A stretch of DNA of 51,914 nt, from positions 48,674,022-48,725,935 of the forward strand of contig NC_068997.1 of NCBI RefSeq assembly GCF_001194135.2. Direction: 5' to 3'. The position numbers were made by a program, and so were the translations under genes. The notes under the pieces are model-generated. The model searched no databases. It worked only from the letters and a program-made list of their open reading frames with translations, and was not told where the DNA came from. Numbering within the stretch: position 1 is the first letter of the stretch; the number at the start of each line of letters is the position of its first letter. This DNA comes from Octopus bimaculoides (Eukaryota). Shown here piece by piece: positions 26,322-38,342 of this stretch.

Positions 26322-29300
26322 NNNNNNNNNNNNNNNNNNNNNNNNNNNNNNNNNNNNNNNNNNNNNNNNNNNNNNNNNNNNNNNNNNNNNNNNNNNNNNN
26401 NNNNNNNNTATTATATATATATATATATACACATATATAATTTAATTCATAACCATTTTTATTTACTTATTTTTATGTTTCCGCAACCCTAACTGGCACT
26501 TCGTCGGTTACGACGACAAGGGTTCCAGTTAATCTGATCAACGGAACAGCCTGCCCTTGAAGTTAACCCACAAGTGGCTAAGCACTCCACAGACATTCGC
26601 ACCCTTAACGTAGTTCTCGGGGAGATTCAGTGTGACACGGAATATAAAAATGCTGGCCCCTTTAAATTACAGGTACAACTCATTTTTGCTTTCTGAGTGG
26701 ACTGGAGCAACGTGAAAACATGTGACTTGTTCAAGAACACAGTGCACCGCCGGGAATCGAACCACTAAGTCACTCTGCAACCCTAGGATTCTTAAGGCCC
26801 GTTACGTAGTTTCCGTATTTTCTAAGTGACTGCAATTTCAGCAAAGCCCATGAACGGAACACCGATTCCTTGCCGGGTTCAAGGCTAACAATTTTTTCGG
26901 TCGAGTCAAATCGATTACATCGACGCCTAAAACTGACTGGTACTTAATTTTCTCGACTCCGATGAGTTGAAAGGCAAATTTGATCTCAGAATATAAAGCA
27001 CCAGAAGAAATTCCGCAAAGCATTTTGTCCGACGTGCAAACGATCCGGCCAATTCAAGGGATTATGTGAGATGCACTATTTTGTGTTCTCTTATAGTTTA
27101 TTGTGATTTAATGGAAACAGATTAACGTCCGCGCAGTATTTACAATCTTTTTTGATGGACCTAACATGCTTTCAAATTTTGGTAAAAGGTCATCGGTTTT
27201 AAGGGCGTGATAAGGCGATTACATGGAACCCAGTATTTAACAAGTACATATTGTGTCGATTCTGAAAGGATGATAGGTAAAGTCGACCTCGGCAGGATTT
27301 GAACTTAGAATGTAAAAGAGTCGGAAGAAATACCGCTAACCGTATCGTCCAACACGTTAACGATTCTGCCACGTTGCCGTCTTTATCCTGGAAATAATAT
27401 AGTTTGTATACTCAGCGGGGAGCTGGCAGAATCCTCAGCACGTCGGACAAATGCTTAGCGGCATTTCGTCCGTCCTTGCGTTCTGATTTCAAATTTCGCC
27501 GAGGTCAACTTTGCCTTTTATCTTTTCGTTTCGGAGTCGATAGAATAAGTACCAGGTACGCACTGGGAACGATGAAATCGACTAACCCCCTTCCCACAAA
27601 TTTCAGGCCTTGTGTCTTTAATAGAAAAGATTATTAAGGCGGCAATCTGGCTGACTCGTTAGCGCGCTGGAGAAAATGCTTAGCGACATTTCGTCCATCT
27701 TTATGTTTTAAATTCAAGTTCCGCCGAGATCGACTTTACCTTTCGTCCTTTCGGGATTGGCTCGATGTAATCAGCTACCCACTCATCAGAGGTTTCTGGC
27801 CTTCTGCCAAAATTTGAAACCAATATATTGCTTGTATATTAGTGTAGCCAATTTTGTTTTTTAGTCAGGAAGACAACTATTTACAACTTCTCAGCAACTG
27901 GTGAGAAGAATGTATCGTCCAACCAAGAAATAGTCCACATTCTTACCACAGATTAGACTCCGATAAAGGTCCACCCTTCGGGTGCCAAGCAGTGATGTTA
28001 AAATGAGCGACCGATCAAGTCAACCAAATACGACATGGTGGAATTTGAACTCAGAATGCAGAGATGAAACGCAACAAATATTGCAACATATTCTGCTCAA
28101 ACATTGTTATATTTCTGCCGATTCACGTAAAAGTGAAAAGCAAGTCGACCATGGCGGGATTTCGACTCAGATCATTGAGTGCCTGATTAAATCTTCTGTT
28201 TTAACGACTCCACTGATTTGTCGTCTAAATCTTTCTGTGGTACATGTGACTACACTCAGAACATTTGTAATCGTTTTACTACGCTTGCCATCTCTGCTTG
28301 TAGATGCGCTCTGATTAATTCTTGTATATTTGACTTCTGTTCGTGCATGTCTTTTTTGTCACTGGTTATTAGATTTGATATCTGTTCATGTTTCTCATAA
28401 GAATTTTGGTGATGCATTTTTCCCGTGTTACTTTCTAGGTGGAGGGCCTAAATTTGAAAACAGAATGGTCTAAGAACACTAAGATAAATAGTTAAACAGT
28501 AAAACAACGGTGAATAATATCAGCAAAATTACAACTTACAATAATGAACAGGCGACACCAATGTCATCTCAATGATTAGCCAGAGATGACTTTTAAAATG
28601 AGAACATCTGAAATAAATTCGACAGCTCTCACAAACGAGAATACTAAAATGAACCCGATCGCTCTTAAAAATTAAGTATTAAAAAAACGGTAGAATGATA
28701 CAAAATCCTTGTCCGGTTTTGGATCGATTCCAAAATTGAATCAGTTCGTGCCAGTCACAAGGCCAAACATCCCTGAAAGTTTCATCCGAATACGTTCAGT
28801 GATTCTTGAGATAACTTGTCCACGGACAAACAAACAAACAAAGACGTCCGCAAACAATACCTCCGCCTTAGCGAAGCCGGATGTAAGCAAAAAAGAAATA
28901 GAACGAAGACAAAAAGCAGAAAAAAAAACACTAGAAAATAAAAGGTTTTTATGTTTATTTCTTTCTATTCAAACTGTCTACTTACCGGGTATAATATCTC
29001 TGGTACAACATCAATGCATATCAATCGGCCATCCATGTGCAAGTACTCCTCTTCCTCCTCAACAAATTGATCGCTTGCAAAATATTCGTAATCTTCAATG
29101 ATGCAGAGCAGTAGTTCACGAACGTTTTCTGGCGTTGACTTTAATTCTACTACATTTGAAATGTTGAACAGAAACTGCTGAAGACAAGACTTAATTTTGA
29201 CATTCGAATAAAATATGTTGAAAAATCCGAAATTGGATTCATTTGCTATCAAAATTGGTTGAAGATTATACTCCATGCCCGGCGATAATATAATGACCTT

Positions 29301-32300
29301 CACTAAATACTCTGCCAGCATACATTCTGTCAGGTTTGAAGAGAGCACCATAGTTGTATTCACATCGTAGTGCTTATCAAACATATTCTTTAAATAATCT
29401 GACCAGCTCTGCCCATCGTTGTCGTAAATGAATAAGATTTTTACTGAAATAGAAATAATATTTTACTCGTTATATTTAATATAGAAATAAACGTTTACAT
29501 ATTTATACTGGAATGAAACATACCGATGGATTTGTATGAAATTCCTGCTCAACATTTGCTGAAATTTGTGTCGTATGAATTAATCTGGGTTCATGACGTA
29601 ACAACGTAACGTGTTTTATTTAATTTATATTTAACAAATATGTTTAGAAAGATATAAAACTCCTAATTTATTGTGGAGACAATAGAGTATTAGTGTTGGG
29701 ATAATGATTGTTTCTGATTTAGATACAAGATCAGGAAATCAAAGAAGAGGTGGTACTCGTCATCATCGTCGCCACCACTTGACTGGAACTTTTTTTAAAG
29801 ACCCCGAATGGATGGAATTCAAAGTTGATCTCAGTGAGATTTGAACTCAGAACGTCAACAACACTATACAGCATTTTCCGGCGATCCATTGATTTTTGAA
29901 TGATCGCTTCGTAAGTGTGACATAATAATGACTTGTAATTTTTGGCCACAAACGCCAACAACTTTGAGAGGAATGATTAGTTGATACAATGAGATAAAAC
30001 TGATTCAGATCATAAGAGTCAGAAGACATTTTGCAACGATCAAACGCTTTTCTCATCAGTCTGTCATATGTTTGGGATAATAAATCTTGCTGATTGTCAA
30101 CACGAGATGAGCCATTTTGAGTGGAGATGGCAAGTCGATTGTATTGACAGGCACTTTATTTTATCGACCGCGAAAGGATGTAAGGCGATCTCGGTGGATT
30201 TTGAACTTAGAACGCAAAGAGCCGGAAGAAATATTGCCAAGCATTTTGTCCAATGTACTAATGATTCTATGTGGGGGCACATGGCCTGATGGTTAGAGCA
30301 GCAGACATGCAGTCGAGGGATCGCAGGTTAGAATCTCAGACCGGGCGTGTACATGTACGTGTTTATGAGCGAAACCCCTAAGCTCCACTCGGCTCCGGCA
30401 GAAGGTAATGCCGAACTTCTTCTGACTTTTTCGTCACATCCTTCTCACTTTTTCCTCCTGCATCTAGCAGTTCACCTGAGACGGGCCGACGTCTCGTCCA
30501 GGTGGAGAATCTATACGTCAATGAAGCTGGGAAACTGGCCCCTATGATCCAGGCATGGCTCGAGAATATNNNNNNNNNNNNNNNNNNNNNNNNNNNNNNN
30601 NNNNNNNNNNNNNNNNNNNNNNNNNNNNNNNNNNNNNNNNNNNNNNNNNNNNNNNNNNNNNNNNNNNNNNNNNNNNNNNNNNNNNNNNNNNNNNNNNNNN
30701 NNNNNNNNNNNNNNNNNNNNNNNNNNNNNNNNNNNNNNNNNNNNNNNNNNNNNNNNNNNNNNNNNNNNNNNNNNNNNNNNNNNNNNNNNNNNNNNNNNNN
30801 NNNNNNNNNNNNNNNNNNNNNNNNNNNNNNNNNNNNNNNNNNNNNNNNNNNNNNNNNNNNNNNNNNNNNNNNNNNNNNNNNNNNNNNNNNNNNNNNNNNN
30901 NNNNNNNNNNNNNNNNNNNNNNNNNNNNNNNNNNNNNNNNNNNNNNNNNNNNNNNNNNNNNNNNNNNNNNNNNNNNNNNNNNNNNNNNNNNNNNNNNNNN
31001 NNNNNNNNNNNNNNNNNNNNNNNNNNNNNNNNNNNNNNNNNNNNNNNNNNNNNNNNNNNNNNNNNNNNNNNNNNNNNNNNNNNNNNNNNNNNNNNNNNNN
31101 NNNNNNNNNNNNNNNNNNNNNNNNNNNNNNNNNNNNNNNNNNNNNNNNNNNNNNNNNNNNNNNNNNNNNNNNNNNNNNNNNNNNNNNNNNNNNNNNNNNN
31201 NNNNNNNNNNNNNNNNNNNNNNNNNNNNNNNNNNNNNNNNNNNNNNNNNNNNNNNNNNNNNNNNNATGTGTGTGTGTGTGTGTGTGTGTGTGTGTCTTCG
31301 TATCTATGTTTGTCTCCCACCAACACTTGACGACCTGTGTCGGTTTGTTTACGTTCCCGTAACTAGTGGTTTGGCATTAGCCCAACAAAATAAGTATGAG
31401 GCTTTAAAAATAAAGTTCTGCGCTCGATTCATACGTCTGAAAATTCTTCCAGCCGGTGCCCCAGTATGGCCATAGTCTAATGACTGAAACAGGTAAAAAA
31501 AAAGTTTCTAAAGGGGAGAAAAATATAATTGAGTTTTATCTTAACGAGAAAGCGATCAAACAGCCGGGTGGCTATGTCAGGAATGAATTTAATAGCATGA
31601 AGCAGGTCCAGTTAAAAACATTCACAGATAGAAAGAAAGTTCAAGATGAGAGATGACACGGACTCCGAATTAATATTACAAGAATGCGAGAAGTGCAATA
31701 TTTAGGAAGAATTGCCAAGGGAGCTTCTATGCGAATAATCGATGTATAGAACCTAAAATACAAACAAGAAAAAATGCAACAAGAAAAGACAACAACGTGA
31801 GAACGTAGTACATGCAAAATGTTAATGAGACGTTCAGAGAAGAAAAGAAATATATACGTGGTTTGATCAATAAGTATCCGGGCTCTTGCCATAGCAATGA
31901 AGCTAAAGCCGGCAGAGTGAATCCGCTTGGCGGATATTGACCTTAAACACGGCTGTGCTTGTGCGCTAAGTTTTAACCTTCTAGCTCACTTCCGCTCTTT
32001 CTTGGAAGGAATGTGTGTAGAGTGTGATCGTCGCATTGAACATGACAGAGAATGTTGAGCAGAGAATCTGCATCAAATTTTGCCAAAAGCTTGGTGACCC
32101 CTGCTCAGAGGCCTACGCAAAGTTTTCAAAAGTTTTCATCGTTCTTGACACAATCAAAGAGATCTTGCGCAACTGAAACCCGGGTGTCTTTTTGGTCAAC
32201 TGAAAGCAGTTTTGGCACAAACTTGGCAGACACGTGTTTGATACCCAAATCTTCAGTGATAATAGACTGAACTGAACAGTAACTAATCTGCATATCCTCT

Positions 32301-35300
32301 GATAACTCACGGATGGTGATTCGACGATTTCCCCTAAAAAAAACTGCACACACATCTGTGATGTTTTTCTCAGTTCTGCTGTTTGTGGGTCTCCCAGAAC
32401 AATCGTCAATATCGCCATCTTTTCGGCCATCTTCGAAACGTCTGAACCAGTCGTACCCTTGTGTACGGCTCATACACTCCTCTCTATACACTTTCTGCAA
32501 ATTTGCGTAGGTGTCATGGCAGGTGTCACCACGAAAACTTTCTCTGTTGTAGTCAGTGCGACAATCACATGCTGGACAGATTCCTTTCAAACACTGTAAA
32601 CAGCGGAAGTGAGCTAGAACGTTAAAACTTCGTGCGCATGCACAACAGTGTTCAAGGTCAAAATCTTGGTTGTATACAATATATCCTCTTTTTTGCATAT
32701 TTATCGCATGATAGCAACTCCAACAGTTGAATTTGGTAAAATCCAAGCCCAGTCGGTCATAAGTTTCCTCTTTTTGCAAGGCGTCGGAAATCTATGGCAA
32801 GATGAAGGAAGTTTTAAAGGATGGCTGTCCATCTTGTTCCACAGTGAAATTCTGGGTGTCAAAGTTTCGAACTAGTCATTTCGACGTCACAAATGAACCC
32901 CGGTCCGGACGTTCAACTTCTGCGACCTCAGAGTGCAAAACCGACGCTGTGCGCATTATGATTCTGGAGGACCGTTGAATTTCAGTTAACGTCATAGCAG
33001 AGACTCCGGGGATTTTCCGCGAAAGAGTTGGCTGTTTCATGCACAACATTCTGGACATGAGATAGCTTTCTGCAAAATGGATGCCGAAATGCCTGAACGC
33101 AGATCAGAAGCGCATCAGAGGCGGTTTTGGACCGGTTTGCAGGATGAGAAGCTGATTTTATGGCTCGTTTAGTCACCAAGAATGAAACATGGTTACAACA
33201 TTATGATCCCCAGACCAAGCAGCTATCAAATGAGTGGCCCTTCTCCCAGCAGTTCACCACGTCCCAAAAAGTTTTGAATCCAGAAGTCAGCTGGAAAGAT
33301 CTGGGACAAAGACGGAGTACTCATCATAAAATACCTGCAAGAAGGTCGCACCATCAACACAAAATACTACATATCTAAGTTGGACGAACTACATTAAGCT
33401 TTGAGGCAGAAACGCCGCGGAAAGCTGAGCCGTGGTGTTTTGTTTTCGCAGGACAATGTTATCAGCACACACAGCACATGAAATTCTACGGAAAATACGC
33501 AACTTTGGCTTTGAATTTGCAGACGACCCACTTTACTCTCCTGACTTGGCCCCCTCTGAATATCACCACTTTCCAGAACTATAGAAACATCTCAAGGGAA
33601 TGAAATTTCACTCCGATTCGGAAGTGATTGCTGCTACAGAGGCCTGGTTGGGGGCGCAACCTTCCGAGTTCTTTTTTACAGGGCTTAGAAAAGCTGAAGA
33701 AACCAATGCAATAAGTGTGTGAATCTGAGGGAGGAACATGTTGAATAAAATCATAATTAACTGATCTTTCGGTATTTTCTTTTATCCAAAGCCAGGACGT
33801 TTATACATACATACATACATTATATATANNNNNNNNNNNNNNNNNNNNNNNNNNNNNNNNNNNATATATATAAATTATACATTGCAGAAAATTACGTTAC
33901 CGGCCAGCTATCTCATGGCTGGCCGGTAACGTATGTTTCTGCAATATATGGATAATTTATCCTCATCACGCTATTTATTAGCATTATCACGCGTTTGAGA
34001 ATGAAAAAAAATTTTTTTTCTCTATCTTTCAATACATCTCAACGCTTCTAAAGCAAACTTTGTTTGTTTACTTTCATCGTAAGTTATGTATATATATATA
34101 CATCGACTACTAAGCAGTGCATAGTATGTGGTTACGTATTTTATTTGCTTTTTCTGCAGTCAGTATATTCATTGTAAAAACTAGGTTGCTATATACTTTG
34201 ACACACGCCTTACACACACATAAACAAACACACACATATGTCTCTTTATACACATACCTAGTTAACACCAAAACAGGTATATAATGTTAATGCACATGTT
34301 TTGTTGCTTGTATTAATAATAGACAAGGTTATTTTTCTGTTGCTGTTTTACTAAAAGTCGGTTTAGATCGAAGTAGTTTTCTTTCTTTTTCTTTTTTCTT
34401 TTCTGTCTTTTTACTGGGCTACGTTGTCGATTGTAGTATTTCTACTTCTTTCAAGGCGGTGAGCTAGCTGATTGGTTATCTCGCCGGGCAAAATTTCTTA
34501 GCAACGTTTCTTCCTGTTTTAGATTCTGAGTTCAAATTCCGCCGTGGTCGACTTTGCATTTCATTCTCTCGGGGTCGATAAAGTAAGTACCAGTTGTGCG
34601 CCGGGGTCGATGTAATCGACTTACATACATACTCGAAATTGTTGGCCTTGTGCTAGAATTTGAAATCATTATTTCATGTAGCTTTGAGTCAGCTAGATGG
34701 CAGAATCGTTAGCATTCCCGACAAAATGCTTAGCGGTATTCCGTCTGCCTTTAACGTTCTGAGTTCAAATTCTGCCGCGGTTTACTTTGCCTTTCGCGAT
34801 AAATAAAATAAGTTCCAGATTAGTAATGAGATCGATGTTATCGTTGACTAACCCTCTTTTTACTGAATTTCAGATTTTATACCTAAGATAGAATTATTTC
34901 TTCTTGCTTAATATTTTTGCTGTTTTCTTTCTTTTGTTTTTTCTTTCTTCACTTTTTTTTTTTTTGAGAAAGTGAATGCGTTTGAGAGTGATTTTGCTGG
35001 TATTTCTAGCAGACAGGTCCAGAGTCTGCACAGTCAGAGAGTGGTGGTGGATATTACACACAAAATTGCTATTAGTCTGAATAATCTTGAGGCATATTTG
35101 AACCTGCAAGAAAGCCTTTCACCGTGTTTATCATGGAGAAAATTTCTCGATGTTGATAAAAGAGGTGTAAATCGATTGAATCATGTCACAGTGTCACCTA
35201 ACCAAACTGTCTGATGCATAGCAATGCACTGGATTTCGGAGTAATTATTTCTTCTCCAGTGACAGAAACCAGACAAGTCAGCTCAGTGAGCTAACACCAG

Positions 35301-35849
35301 GGATTATATTTACGGATTATATTTGCAGTGAGCCGCCGATTAACACTACCTGTCATTGAATGAAAACAGGAATATAAAAAGAGAGATATGGTCTCTCATG
35401 TCATTTCGTAGCACCGCCCTCTCTGGTTTCTAAATATATAAATATAATCAATTATATCGAAGGGTTATAGAAATATTAGAAATTTCTACCACCAGTGGCC
35501 TAGCGTGTAAAAATTTAGTCCATAGATTATATATTTTTCTTCATGTAAATACAGTGTACATTTAAACACATAACAGGTATCCGTNNNNNNNNNNNNNNNN
35601 NNNNNNNNNNNNNNNNNNNNNNNNNNNNNNNNNNNNNNNNNNNNNNNNNNNNNNNNNNNNNNNNNNNNNNNNNNNNNNNNNNNNNNNNNNNNNNNNNNNN
35701 NNNNNNNNNNNNNNNNNNNNNNNNNNNNNNNNNNNNNNNNNNNNNNNNNNNNNNNNNNNNNNNNNNNNNNNNNNNNNNNNNNNNNNNNNNNNNNNNNNNN
35801 NNNNNNNNNNNNNNNNNNNNNNNNNNNNNNNNNNNNNNNNNNNNNNNNN

Positions 35850-35905
<56 letters not shown>

Positions 35906-36486
35906 AACTCTGAACCTTTCTCTTCCACCGAAACGTGACTCGTTTTCAGGTTATTACGACAGAATAGTTTTGTATATGGTCATAATGTACCTAACAAGAA
36001 CAGCAAATATAAAAATATAAAGCTTAATATTATCTTATATAATATATCGCATATATTGTTGTTTAGAGCACAATTTATATTTATTTATGTCTTTTTCAGA
36101 TATCGCGTAATCCCAACTATACTACACAAAGTGGCCTTCCTGAATCGGTAATGTGTAATTTTAAGAAAATTTAGCTATTTCAAGCAGGAAAAGTCAGTAC
36201 ATCAAGCCTCCCTCAATGTGATGGACCTCTGTCGTCCTATGATGAGGATTCAGTTGGTCGATCACCTGATTTACCTGCTCTTGTTTTAACACCCAAATAG
36301 TCAAATATTCTAAAGACACGAATAAGTTTAACATGATTCTCAGACCGAATCAGCGGGACGCAGTATGTGTGACAATGCTCTGCCGTTCGAGTTAAGAATT
36401 CAATGCGTCCGACAGGCTTCAGTACATTTTCCGTCAAACTAGACGATCATGATGCTGACACCCTAACCACTAAGCCACGCGCCTCC

Positions 36487-36531
<45 letters not shown>

Positions 36532-37253
36532 TATATATGCCGACCAAAAATCTTGTGAATGGATTTGGTAGACGGAAACTGAAAGAAGCCCGTCGTATAT
36601 NNNNNNNNNNNNNNNNNNNNNNNNNNNNNNNNNNNNNNNNNNNNNNNNNNNNNNNNNNNNNNNNNNNNNNNNNNNNNNNNNNNNNNNNNNNNNNNNNNNN
36701 NNNNNNNNNNNNNNNNNNNNNNNNNNNNNNNNNNNNNNNNNNNNNNNNNNNNNNNNNNNNNNNNNNNNNNNNNNNNNNNNNNNNNNNNNNNNNNNNNNNN
36801 NNNNNNNNNNNNNNNNNNNNNNNNNNNNNNNNNNNNNNNNNNNNNNNNNNNNNNNNNNNNNNNNNNNNNNNNNNNNNNNNNNNNNNNNNNNNNNNNNNNN
36901 NNNNNNNNNNNNNNNNNNNNNNNNNNNNNNNNNNNNNNNNNNNNNNNNNNNNNNNNNNNNNNNNNNNNNNNNNNNNNNNNNNNNNNNNNNNNNNNNNNNN
37001 NNNNNNNNNNNNNNNNNNNNNNNNNNNNNNNNNNNNNNNNNNNNNNNNNNNNNNNNNNNNNNNNNNNNNNNNNNNNNNNNNNNNNNNNNNNNNNNNNNNN
37101 NNNNNNNNNNNNNNNNNNNNNNNNNNNNNNNNNNNNNNNNNNNNNNNNNNNNNNNNNNNNNNNNNNNNNNNNNNNNNNNNNNNNNNNNNNNNNNNNNNNN
37201 NNNNNNNNNNNNNNNNNNNNNNNNNNNNNNNNNNNNNNNNNNNNNNNNNNNNN

Positions 37254-37292
<39 letters not shown>

Positions 37293-38192
37293 CAGTTTGC
37301 AATGTTTAAACCGAAAAGATAATTGTCACTAAATGTAGCTAGGAAGTTAGAAAACACGTACATTGCTAGAAATAAGAGCTAAACCACTCTAATGTTATAG
37401 TTAAGGCACATGAATGAAACGATATGCACTAACAGGGATCATAATCGTCCGAAAAGGGCCGATCGAGTATTAATCTTAATCGACACTTTTCGCAGGTTTA
37501 CCGTCCTTGTTAGTGCATATTTTTGCATTTATGTACGTGAATTACAGGATTAGATCTGTTTAGCTCTTATTTCTAGCAATGTAGGTGTTTTGTATATGTA
37601 TATAGCGTTGCTACTTCTAACGGTCACTTGGCTATGTAACATCTTAGCTCGTAAGTTACCTCATCATTTCGCATTTGTCTTGCTTTTATATGTTAATTCC
37701 CTGAAGATAAATATATGTGGAATTCCAGCAGCTCTTACTTCTTTGGAGGAGAGCACACATATATTTTGAAACATGTGTAGGAATTAAAGGAACTTTTATT
37801 TATATGCATTTGGCTCCATTTATTGTTTTTATTCATANNNNNNNNNNNNNNNNNNNNNNNNNNNNNNNNNNNNNNNNNNNNNNNNNNNNNNNNNNNNNNN
37901 NNNNNNNNNNNNNNNNNNNNNNNNNNNNNNNNNNNNNNNNNNNNNNNNNNNNNNNNNNNNNNNNNNNNNNNNNNNNNNNNNNNNNNNNNNNNNNNNNNNN
38001 NNNNNNNNNNNNNNNNNNNNNNNNNNNNNNNNNNNNNNNNNNNNNNNNNNNNNNNNNNNNNNNNNNNNNNNNNNNNNNNNNNNNNNNNNNNNNNNNNNNN
38101 NNNNNNNNNNNNNNNNNNNNNNNNNNNNNNNNNNNNNNNNNNNNNNNNNNNNNNNNNNNNNNNNNATGATATATACATATATAGATATAAAT

Positions 38193-38223
<31 letters not shown>

Positions 38224-38278
38224 GTATACATGTATACATGTATAATATATATTATATATATATGTATATGTATATATG

Positions 38279-38342
<64 letters not shown>

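Noticed and set aside
28965-29384. Track ORF as a stand-alone single-exon gene
   Set aside because: The frame extends upstream to an acceptor at 29443 and has a GTAAGT donor at 28985; it is an internal exon.
34894-35214. Overlapping 71-80 aa ORFs; likewise 12414-12644, 13007-13246, 19090-19383, 36237-36437
   Set aside because: No recognisable motif, no supporting splice structure, and 19090-19383 overlaps a repeat-like segment.
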